From: Candidatus Eiseniibacteriota bacterium
GTDB taxonomy: Bacteria; Eisenbacteria; RBG-16-71-46; CAVPCR01
DNA length: 64,000 bases
Direction of reading: 5' to 3'
Assembly: GCA_963702435.1 (NCBI GenBank)
Contig: CAVPCR010000003.1
Span: forward strand, 384,001-448,000
The notes below the pieces were generated by a model. It was not told the DNA's origin. It searched no databases and saw only the letters and a list, made by a program, of their open reading frames with translations. Numbering within the stretch: position 1 is the stretch's first letter; every line of letters starts with the position of its first letter. Of the stretch, positions 56,181 to 64,000 are shown one piece after another. A program made the translations under genes and the position numbers.

Positions 56181-56921
56181 TCAGTGCGGGTCAGATCCAT
56201 TGACGATCACAGGTAGGCGCCCCGCCCACCTCGCCCAGATCTCAGCATCAGTCACCAGGTCGCACATGAAGCTAGCAACGTTCGCCATGTTGGTCCTGGC
56301 TGGCTTGAAGAGGCTGCTGACGAGGTTCTCATGAAGGGAGTAGGCTGAAGCGCCACCCTCCACGAGGGTGTCCGGGCGAACCACGACCCACTGCATCAGG
56401 GGATCGCTCGCAGCGATCTCGCCATGGAGGAAGTCCGCGGCGCGCTGGTTGTCCCTCGCAGGCGGAACCAAGCCGCGGAGAACCCGCAGAACCACCTTCT
56501 CCAGCGTCCCGCGCCGCGCCTCGGGGACGCCTGGATGATTGACTGAGACGCTGCTCATGAGGATGTACTTCACTGGCACATGCGGTTGCGAATCTCGAAT
56601 CGCCTGACAGAGTCGCGCCGTGGCCCGTGTCACGAGATCATACGGTGGACCAAACACTCCTCTGACGCTGATGACGTGACCGAGGCACGAGATGACAGCA
56701 TCGCAGCCGCTAACGCGCGCAACAAGGTCTTCGCCGCCAAGTGCCATGAGATCGGCCTCAACGACGATCAGTCGCGGATGATCCGCAATGGCCCCCGGGA
56801 GTCTACTGGCTGACCGCACAATGGCCTGCACGCTGACTCCACGTTCCAGGAGCCCCTCAACGACGCGCCGCCCGGTGCGCCCTGTGCCCCCGACGAGAAG
56901 AACCGTTTGTGCCGCCCGCAC
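56181..56921 (-). CDS. NAD(P)H-binding atypical SDR (BVR-B-like)
   Basis: GGTGRTG, DAVISCLG and WVVVRP. Visibly more A/T-rich than its neighbours. Confidence 0.85.
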   Translation of the reverse strand: MRAAQTVLLVGGTGRTGRRVVEGLLERGVSVQAIVRSASRLPGAIADHPRLIVVEADLMALGGEDLVARVSGCDAVISCLGHVISVRGVFGPPYDLVTRATARLCQAIRDSQPHVPVKYILMSSVSVNHPGVPEARRGTLEKVVLRVLRGLVPPARDNQRAADFLHGEIAASDPLMQWVVVRPDTLVEGGASAYSLHENLVSSLFKPARTNMANVASFMCDLVTDAEIWARWAGRLPVIVNGSDPH

Positions 56922-56948
56922 TTGCGCCCCTGCCTCTCCCTGATGGGT

Positions 56949-58520
56949 CTAGCACCCGGTTCTGTCGCCGCCGCCGAGCGCCGACTCGACCGCGCGGGCG
57001 AAGGCGAGCGCCGGTGCGGCCGCGCGCCCCGGGATGCGCGCCCCGAGTCCGAGCGCGACGGCGAACGGCACGGCGGCCGCGCCGGCGGGCGCGTCCACCG
57101 CGTCCAGAGTGCTGCTGTAGCGCTCGATCGCCGCGCGCCGCCGGCCCCCGGTCACGGTCGTGCGTGGGAGGAGGGCCCCGATCGCGACCACCGAGAGCGC
57201 GAGGAGCGCGCTCGCCCCACCCACCGCAACCCAATCGCCCGCGGTCGCCATCCCGAGGAGTCCGTGCGCCGCGCGGCGCCCGGCGACGCCGGCGATCAAG
57301 CCGAGGACGAGCGCGATCAGGGCACCGAGCAGGAGCGGCGAGCGGCGCGAGGCGATGCGCGGATCGAGGTCGCCGTGCCCGACGAGCGACGCTTCGACCT
57401 CCCGCACCAGCACGGGCCACGCGGGAAGGGCGCGGCCGGCGAAGGCCGCGAGGGTCGCCGTCCGCGCCCCGTCCGGAAAGAGGAGGGCGTGGAGTCGATG
57501 GTCGAAGGACGGGAGCTCCGCCGATGGCGATGCTGCCGCCTCGAAAGCGACCTCGGCGCCGGGCCCACCTTCCGGAGCGCGAGTGATCGAGAGCACGCCG
57601 CGTCGCTCCAGATCGAGGAGCGCCGCCGCGACGTGGGCGGGCTCGAGGCGGCCCCGCGAGAGGAACCCGGCCGCGGCCGGGGTGAGCGCCGGAGTGGCGA
57701 GAGGCGTGGTGCCGGGGCACCCGGCGGCGCGGCGCCGGCGCGCGCGGAGCGCGAGGAGGAGCGCTGCCACCACCGGAACGAGCAGGAGCGCCGGGTTCCG
57801 CAACGCCCAGGCCGTGGCCCGGTCGATCCGGCCGGGATGGCGAACGAGCCCGTGCGGCCAGACCACCGAGACGGACAGACCCTCGAAGGTCAGGAGCCCG
57901 CGATTCAGCAGGAACTGCGCGTGGTCGGTATCGATCACCTTGACGTCGGCCTCCCGGAGCACCCGCCCGAAGCGCGTCACGCGCGATGCCCCCTCGATCT
58001 GGTCGGCGCCCGCGCCCGGCGGCCACGCAATGCGGGCCGCGCCCGCGATCACGAGCACGTCCCAGGCGTTCCCGGTGACGTCCCAGTGCAGCTCGTCGCG
58101 GTAGGGGCCCCTCCACACCGCGCCCGAGGCCTCGTAGGTGAGGCGGTAGACCTGCTCGCCGGTCGTGAACTGCTCCGTGCTCCCCATCCACACATCGAGC
58201 GAGCGGCTCGGGCGCTCGACACGCACGGGCCAGGGCCGCCCGGCGGCATCGGTGACCGCGATCAGGTCGAGATCGAGCGAGCGGCGCGCTCCGCTCGGGT
58301 CGGTGACGAAGCGCGGCAGGGAGCGGCAGATCGCATGCCGGCGCTCCGGTCCGAAATCGACCTCGAGCGTCTCGACCACGCGTACGCGCGCGTCGGGTCT
58401 CACCTGGAGATCCACGTCGAAGCGCCTGATCTCCCAGGCGGCGGCCCGCTCGATCGACACGCCGAGAACCGTCCAGGGAATCACCAGAGCAACGAGGAGA
58501 AGCCGGCAGATGCGTCGCAT
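56949..58520 (-). CDS. DUF2207-like membrane protein
   Basis: Signal peptide, IRRFDVDL, ELHWDVTGNAW, several TM segments and PFAVALGL. Confidence 0.75.
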   Translation of the reverse strand: MRRICRLLLVALVIPWTVLGVSIERAAAWEIRRFDVDLQVRPDARVRVVETLEVDFGPERRHAICRSLPRFVTDPSGARRSLDLDLIAVTDAAGRPWPVRVERPSRSLDVWMGSTEQFTTGEQVYRLTYEASGAVWRGPYRDELHWDVTGNAWDVLVIAGAARIAWPPGAGADQIEGASRVTRFGRVLREADVKVIDTDHAQFLLNRGLLTFEGLSVSVVWPHGLVRHPGRIDRATAWALRNPALLLVPVVAALLLALRARRRRAAGCPGTTPLATPALTPAAAGFLSRGRLEPAHVAAALLDLERRGVLSITRAPEGGPGAEVAFEAAASPSAELPSFDHRLHALLFPDGARTATLAAFAGRALPAWPVLVREVEASLVGHGDLDPRIASRRSPLLLGALIALVLGLIAGVAGRRAAHGLLGMATAGDWVAVGGASALLALSVVAIGALLPRTTVTGGRRRAAIERYSSTLDAVDAPAGAAAVPFAVALGLGARIPGRAAAPALAFARAVESALGGGDRTGC

Positions 58521-58573
58521 GGTGCGGCAGTATAGAACGACCCGCGGCCCCGCGCGCGACGCCGGGGGCCCGG

Positions 58574-59008
58574 CTACTTGAGCCGGCGCAGGGCGGCCAT
58601 CTCCCGCTGCTCGTGATCCTTCAAGTCGGCAGCGAATGCCGCGAGGCGCGTCGCGAGCTCCTCCCGCACGGCCTCCTCGGCGCCGAGGACCCGCGCCAGG
58701 AGGTCGGCCATCACCTCGCGGAAGCCGTCATGCTCGTTCCGGAGCGTGTCGAAGTCGGCGGCGAGCGCGGGATAGTCCCCGGCCAGGAGCCGGAAGTGGC
58801 GTTCCTCGCGCTGAAAATGCCGCTCGAGTCGGGGGCTCAGATGATGGAGCTCCCCGCGGAGTCGAGCGGCCCATGCGCGCGCCTCGCCGGCGGGGCTGGC
58901 GCCCTTCCCGGCCGGATCGAGGAGGCTCACGAGAGCCGCCAGATCCTGCGCGAGATCGCGATGTTCCTGGTCGATGGCGCGGAGGACGTGCGCTGCGAGC
59001 GTCGTCAT
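58574..59008 (-). CDS. Hemerythrin-like domain protein
   Basis: EH..L, HFQREE, EH and HEQRE pattern. Confidence 0.7.
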   Translation of the reverse strand: MTTLAAHVLRAIDQEHRDLAQDLAALVSLLDPAGKGASPAGEARAWAARLRGELHHLSPRLERHFQREERHFRLLAGDYPALAADFDTLRNEHDGFREVMADLLARVLGAEEAVREELATRLAAFAADLKDHEQREMAALRRLK

Positions 59009-59412
59009 GACGTGATCGGACTCCTGGCGATCGGTACCTGCCGGCCGGCGCGCGCGGGAACTGAAGCGGGGGCCGTTGCAACGTCCATGCCCTGCCCATT
59101 CAGGAATCAGATCATCAAGGGAAATGCGTACTTAGCCTCTAGGAAGCGCGCCGCCCCGCGGCCCCGGAGACCCGTTCGCGCTGCTGCTTCCGAGACACCG
59201 GGTCCGGCATCGCAGCACACCCTGACATTGTGTCGGCTCGCAGACCAGCCATCGCGAGGGGGATGGCGGTACCGACCCGGCGCCGAGGAGCTTGGGAGGT
59301 GGAGACTGGGAGGGAGGCGTCTCTTGGTCTAAGATGACTCCCCGCGCCCGCGCCGGGACGTGACGCGCCCCCGGACGGCACGGTCGGCACGCCCCGCGAG
59401 GAGGAGAAGTTC

Positions 59413-60150
59413 ATGCGACATGCCCCCAGGACCAGCCCGGATGCCGGAGCGACCCGCAGGCTCCACTTCGCCCGGTGGTGCCTCGCCATGGCCTGCGTCA
59501 CGACCTTCGCGCCCGGAGCTGAGGCCACGGGTGACGCGGCCGCTCCACCCGGCCCCGGCGGTGCGGCCAGCCCGACCGGGGCCGCTCCAGCGAGCCGCGA
59601 TTCGCTCGCCGCTCCAGCGAACCGCGATTCGCTCGCCGCCCCGGCCCGCATCGCCGCTCGCGTCGTCGCCGACACGCTCCATCTCACGGTCGAGGTGCCG
59701 GCCCGTGCGATGGCGGCGGCCGGGGCGCTCCTCGATCGCAACGCCGACGGCACGATCGATCCGACCGAGCTCGCGGCGAGCCGCGATACGCTGGCGAGCT
59801 ACCTCGGGCATCACCTCTTCATCCTCCAGGACGACGGCATGCTGGAGCCGAAACTCGTCGGCCCCCTGGCGAGCGTACCCGGTACGAACGGCGGGGCGCC
59901 GAGCGTGCGCGGCGCCATGCGCGCTCCGCTCCTCAACACGTACGAGCGCATCGGCTTCGCCTCCGGCATCCTCACCGACCGCATCCACGGCTACCGCTCC
60001 CTCGTCGCCATCGAGTGGAGCGGCGCGCGCGCGGAGTTCGATGTGGCGCAGAGCGTCCAGTGGGTGGAGCCGCCGGCCGCCGGGGCGACCGAGCTCGAGC
60101 TCCCCGGCCGCATGCCGGCCCCGGGCCATGGAGAGGATGGCCGCCACTGA
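59413..60150 (+). CDS. Hypothetical secreted protein with an EF-hand-like loop
   Basis: GAGGAGGAG RBS, signal-like N-terminus and DRNADGTIDPTE. Confidence 0.55.
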   Translation: MRHAPRTSPDAGATRRLHFARWCLAMACVTTFAPGAEATGDAAAPPGPGGAASPTGAAPASRDSLAAPANRDSLAAPARIAARVVADTLHLTVEVPARAMAAAGALLDRNADGTIDPTELAASRDTLASYLGHHLFILQDDGMLEPKLVGPLASVPGTNGGAPSVRGAMRAPLLNTYERIGFASGILTDRIHGYRSLVAIEWSGARAEFDVAQSVQWVEPPAAGATELELPGRMPAPGHGEDGRH

Positions 60151-60326
60151 GCGGGAGGTCGCCTGCCCGATGGGACTCGATCGCCTGCGCCACTGAGCGG
60201 GCGGCCGCTCGACGGAGTGACGCCCGCGCCGAAGGAGTCCGGACCCGGCCCGGCGGCTGAATCCATCGGCCGCGCGCTTGGCTCACACCTGGTGAGAGAC
60301 TGGAGATCGAACCCGGGGGAGGAACG

Positions 60327-60488
60327 ATGGACACCGCACTCGCGCTGATTGCCTTCGCCGTGGTCTGGATCGTGCTGCAAGTCTGGGTGCTGCCGCGACT
60401 CGGCGTACCGACCTGAGGCGTTCCGACCCCGCGCCGGTCGGCGCGCCGCGAAGCAGACGAGAGGGACGGCGACTCGCCGCCGAAGTGA
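60327..60488 (+). CDS. Small single-TM protein absent from the ORF track: 29 aa, or 53 aa if UGA 60414-60416 is recoded
   Basis: GGAGG RBS, then MDTALALIAFAVVWIVLQVWVLPRLGVPT-TGA-GVPTPRR...PPK-TGA. Confidence 0.6.
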
Positions 60489-60504
60489 ATACCGGGAGCC
60501 CGCA

Positions 60505-60894
60505 ATGAAGTTCGGAATGCGCAAGGAGCTCGCCCTGAGCTTCGACGATGCCCTGGCCATGATTCCGGAGGCCTTGAAGACCGAGGGATTCGGGGTACTC
60601 ACCGAGATCGATGTCCAGGACACCCTCCGGAAGAAGCTCGGCGTCGAGTTTCGCCGCTACCGCATACTCGGAGCGTGCAACCCGCCGCTGGCGCACCAGG
60701 CGCTGTCCACCCAGCTCGAGATCGGGCTCCTGCTGCCCTGCAACGTGATCGTCTACGAGGAACCGGGAGGTCGCTCGGTGGTCGCCGCCGTCGATCCGCT
60801 GGCGACCATCGCGGCCACCGGCGGCGAGGACCTGCGCGAGTTGGCGGCCTCGGTCCGAGCCAAGCTCGAACGCGTGCTCGCCCGGATCGGGTAG
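60505..60894 (+). CDS. DUF302 family protein
   Basis: GFGVLTEID, YRILGACNP, GLLLPCNVIV and VDP. Confidence 0.9.
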   Translation: MKFGMRKELALSFDDALAMIPEALKTEGFGVLTEIDVQDTLRKKLGVEFRRYRILGACNPPLAHQALSTQLEIGLLLPCNVIVYEEPGGRSVVAAVDPLATIAATGGEDLRELAASVRAKLERVLARIG

Positions 60895-60900
60895 CCCCCG

Positions 60901-61803
60901 CTACCCGGGGCGTCGATCCACGACCCACACGCCGAGGAGGATCAGCGCGCCGCCGGCCAGGGACACGGGAGAGATCGCCTCGCCGAGCACGAACCAGGCG
61001 ACGACGATCGTGACGAGCGGCTCGAGGTAGAGGAGCGCTCCGACCTGGGAGGCCGGCATCACGCGGAGAGCGTCGTACCAGAACGCGTAGGCCACGCCCG
61101 AGCAGAAGACCCCGAGGAAGAGCAGACCGATCCAGCCGCGGGGGGTGAGCCCGGCGACCTCGCCGAGCGCCGACCATCCGCCGAGGAGCGGGGTCGACAA
61201 GAGCCAGCCCAGACCCATCACGTAGAACATCATCCGCGCAGCCGGATGCCGCTTGAGCCCGCGCCGCGAGAGCACCGAGAACAGGGCCCAGTTCGGCGCC
61301 GAGAGGAGGATCAGGCGATCCCCGGGCGTACCGAACCCGCCGCTCCACAGCGCATCGAAGCGCCCCTTCCCAACCACGAGGAGCACGCCCAGCGCGGCGA
61401 GCCCGATGCCGGCGGCGCGCACCCCCCCGATCCGCTCGCCCAGGATCAGGAAGCCCAGGATCGCGATGAAGACCGGCGATGTGGACACGATCCAGGCGGT
61501 GGTCGAGGCCTCTGCCGTCCGCAGTCCGTTCGACTGGAGCCACTGGTGGAGGGTCACGCCCAGGAATCCGAGGAGCGCGAAGTAGGCCATCTCGCGCAAT
61601 TCGACGCGGGCCAGTTCGCCGCGGGCGGCGACGATCGCGCCGAGGATGACGAACCCGATCGCGAAGCGGACCCACACGAGAACGACCGGCGAGAGGTCGG
61701 CGAGCACGACCTTGGTGGCGATGAACGACGCCCCCCACACGACCACGGCGAAGATCGCCTTCAGAATCGGGATGAAGCGGGGGTGCTCGGCGACAATCGC
61801 CAA
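60901..61803 (-). CDS. DMT/EamA family transporter
   Basis: WGASFIATK, VRF, LGERI, YLEP and LGE. About 10 TM helices. Confidence 0.9.
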   Translation of the reverse strand: MAIVAEHPRFIPILKAIFAVVVWGASFIATKVVLADLSPVVLVWVRFAIGFVILGAIVAARGELARVELREMAYFALLGFLGVTLHQWLQSNGLRTAEASTTAWIVSTSPVFIAILGFLILGERIGGVRAAGIGLAALGVLLVVGKGRFDALWSGGFGTPGDRLILLSAPNWALFSVLSRRGLKRHPAARMMFYVMGLGWLLSTPLLGGWSALGEVAGLTPRGWIGLLFLGVFCSGVAYAFWYDALRVMPASQVGALLYLEPLVTIVVAWFVLGEAISPVSLAGGALILLGVWVVDRRPG

Positions 61804-61920
61804 AGAACTTACGCGCCTGGACGTCGTGATCGATACCCCTGCGCCCAGGGCTGCGGAGCCCGGAACGGGACGATCCGGACGGCGGTGGAATCGAGGCCGA
61901 GACTCGAAGCAAGGGAACGG

Positions 61921-61997
<77 letters not shown>

Positions 61998-62017
61998 GCC
62001 CAACTCGTGGATCGAAA

Positions 62018-62046
62018 AGACTAGCCGACGGCCCCGCCGGTGTCAA
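62018..62046 (-). promoter_or_regulatory. tRNA-Asp promoter
   Basis: TTGACA, 17 bp, TAGTCT about 20 nt upstream of the tRNA. Confidence 0.7.
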
Positions 62047-62169
62047 TTCGATTCGGCGCGGGCCCCGCGGGTGCCGCGCTCTGCGGGCCAAGGCGCCGGA
62101 AAACGGCCGGCGCGCCCCGCGGCCCCGCGCCGGCGCTCGTCCCCGTCCCCTCTCCCGGCCGCCCCGTTC

Positions 62170-62862
62170 TCACCGGCGTTCGTCCGCAAGCCGCTCGACG
62201 TGGGCGCGGGCGATCTCTCCGATGAACGGAAGGAGATAGCGCTCGTGCCGGAAGGCCTTGCGCATGGCAAGCAGCCATACGAGGAAGAAGCCGATCGCCG
62301 CCATCGAGAAGAGCACCTTGCCGACGAGCGGCACGGCGAGCGCCGAACCGCCCATGATGGCGAGCGCAGCGGTGAGGAGAATCGACTGGAGGGCGTGGAA
62401 TCGCACGAAGCGCTCCCTGCGATCGCTCAAGAGGTAGAAGAGGATGCCGGTCATGGCCCATCCGGCGTAGGCGAGGGTGCCTGCCTGATGCGGCGCGAGC
62501 CGGGACGGGGACCCGGGCGTCTCGCCACGGCGTGCCGCGCGTCGCGGGGCTCCCGGTGCCGGCAGTTCCGCCGCATCCGCCGCCAGCTCGCGCACGCGAT
62601 CGTGGGCGGCGCGCGCAATCGATGTCAGCTCCTCGAACGCGTCGGCGGCGCCGGCCCGCACCTGAGAGGAGAGAGCGCGCGCTGCGATCCCGGCCTTCTC
62701 CGCGGCGACGAGGAAGGCCCGCCGTGCTTCCTCGATCGCACGCGCCGCCTCCGCATCGAGCGGAGAGGACACGCCAGACGGCGCCGGGTGCGGCGTCTCC
62801 GATCCGGCCCCCGGGGGCGGAGGCTCCTGGCGGCCGTTGCCGGTAGGCTCATCGTCGTTCAT
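62170..62862 (-). CDS. DUF4870-like membrane protein with N-terminal extension
   Basis: AGTLAY, FVRFHALQS and LPFIG. Confidence 0.75.
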   Translation of the reverse strand: MNDDEPTGNGRQEPPPPGAGSETPHPAPSGVSSPLDAEAARAIEEARRAFLVAAEKAGIAARALSSQVRAGAADAFEELTSIARAAHDRVRELAADAAELPAPGAPRRAARRGETPGSPSRLAPHQAGTLAYAGWAMTGILFYLLSDRRERFVRFHALQSILLTAALAIMGGSALAVPLVGKVLFSMAAIGFFLVWLLAMRKAFRHERYLLPFIGEIARAHVERLADERR

Positions 62863-64000
62863 TGGTAGATCCTACCTGACACCGCCACGAGCGCGGTGGA
62901 TGGCAAGACCCCCTGTCAAACCGTGCATGCGGTTTTCCCGCACACGGCTTACGGATGAGGTCTCGGGTCGGGGCATTACGCGACTACCGGGTACTGAACG
63001 GTCCCGCGCAGGCGGTAGAGCCCATGCTGATGGAAGAAGTCACGCGTCCAACGGTCGAACTCGCCCGCGCGTAGATGACGACCTTTCCGCTGCACAAGGA
63101 AGTGGCGGAGGCGCGTCCACACGTACGTATCGACCTGGTTGAACTTGCGTGCGGCATTCCCGGTCCGGAAGTAGTTGGCCCAGCCACGTAGCACTGGGTT
63201 CAGATCGCGGATCAAGACCCGCACATCCTTCACCCCGTGGCGCGCGCGACCGGTCAACACCTTCACCCGCTGCCGCAGCCGCTTCATGCTGCGCTGAGAT
63301 GGCCAACGCTGGAGAAAGTAGAGACGCTTGCGCTCCTTCTCCCAGATCGGCCCGCTCAACCGTTTCCGCAGGTGGCAGCCTAGGAAGTCGAAGCCCTGCT
63401 TGCCCCAGCTCAGCTCCACTCGCCTCGTCTTCTCCGGGTGTAGCTCCAAGCCGAGTCGCGTCAGGATCTCCCGCACGCGCCGCTCCGCTTCTGTGCACGC
63501 CGACCTCGTGCGACACATCACCACAAAGTCGTCCGCATAGCGCACCAACATGCCCAGATGGCCATACTGGCGCTCCCACGCCGTGTCCAGAACGTTGAGG
63601 TAGATGTTCGACAGCAGGGGCGAGATGACCCCACCCTGGGGTGTCCCCGAGAGAGTCCCCTGCACCTTGCCGTCTTCCATCACCCCGGCCCGCAGCCACT
63701 GCCGCAACAGCTTGAGCACCCGCCGGTCCGTGACTCGGCGCGCGACAAGCTTCAGCAGCTTGTCGTGGTCGATCTGCCCGAAGTAATTGCGGATATCCGC
63801 GTCGAGCACGTGGTTGCCACCCTGGGCCCCAAGCTTGCGCAGGGTCTCCAGTGCGTCCGTGGCGCTCCGCCGCGGCCGGAACCCATACGAGCACGGACGG
63901 AAGTCCGCCTCGAAGATCGGTTCCAGCACCAGCTTCGCCGCCGCCTGTACCACGCGATCGCGGACCGTCGGGATCCCCAGCGGTCGCTGCTTCCCATCAG
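62861..64000 (-). mobile_element. Group II intron, 3' part (5' end lies outside the window)
   Basis: Domain V AAGCCGTGTGCGGGAAAACCGCATGCACGGTTT (62950-62918). Domain VI GGGGGTCTTGCC...GGTAGGATCT[A]CC has a bulged A. Ends AAT. Confidence 0.88.
62976..63998 (-). CDS. ltrA: Group II intron reverse transcriptase/maturase, partial, no endonuclease domain
   Basis: [40 protein letters not shown] and maturase LRGWANYF. Confidence 0.95.
   Translation of the reverse strand, partial: DGKQRPLGIPTVRDRVVQAAAKLVLEPIFEADFRPCSYGFRPRRSATDALETLRKLGAQGGNHVLDADIRNYFGQIDHDKLLKLVARRVTDRRVLKLLRQWLRAGVMEDGKVQGTLSGTPQGGVISPLLSNIYLNVLDTAWERQYGHLGMLVRYADDFVVMCRTRSACTEAERRVREILTRLGLELHPEKTRRVELSWGKQGFDFLGCHLRKRLSGPIWEKERKRLYFLQRWPSQRSMKRLRQRVKVLTGRARHGVKDVRVLIRDLNPVLRGWANYFRTGNAARKFNQVDTYVWTRLRHFLVQRKGRHLRAGEFDRWTRDFFHQHGLYRLRGTVQYPVVA

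Overview
GC-rich bacterial chromosome segment. The C-terminal TWGxIKxxYR motif and a T9SS/FlgD-like C-terminal domain suggest an uncultured FCB-group lineage such as Eisenbacteria or Latescibacterota; this is an inference. Most genes are housekeeping or metabolic: icmF, class II ribonucleotide reductase nrdJ with tandem NrdR boxes, purF, ispH, PBP1A, alr, mazG, tnaA, arfB and pepP. A complete minus-strand rRNA operon (16S, tRNA-Ile, tRNA-Ala, 23S, 5S) carries a 623-nt group I intron in the 23S at the E. coli 1931-equivalent site, encoding a LAGLIDADG endonuclease. The window ends inside a group II intron whose 3' terminus appears to supply an SD-like sequence and the AT of the next gene's ATG. 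Less obvious signals are an unannotated small membrane ORF with an in-frame UGA followed by a SECIS-like hairpin, a pseudoknot-capable structured leader RNA, an orphan attC-bounded gene cassette, and a duplicated sorting-signal/terminator module. Three genes (nrdJ, an acyl-CoA dehydrogenase, a HEAT-repeat protein) carry clustered frameshifts that are probably sequencing errors.
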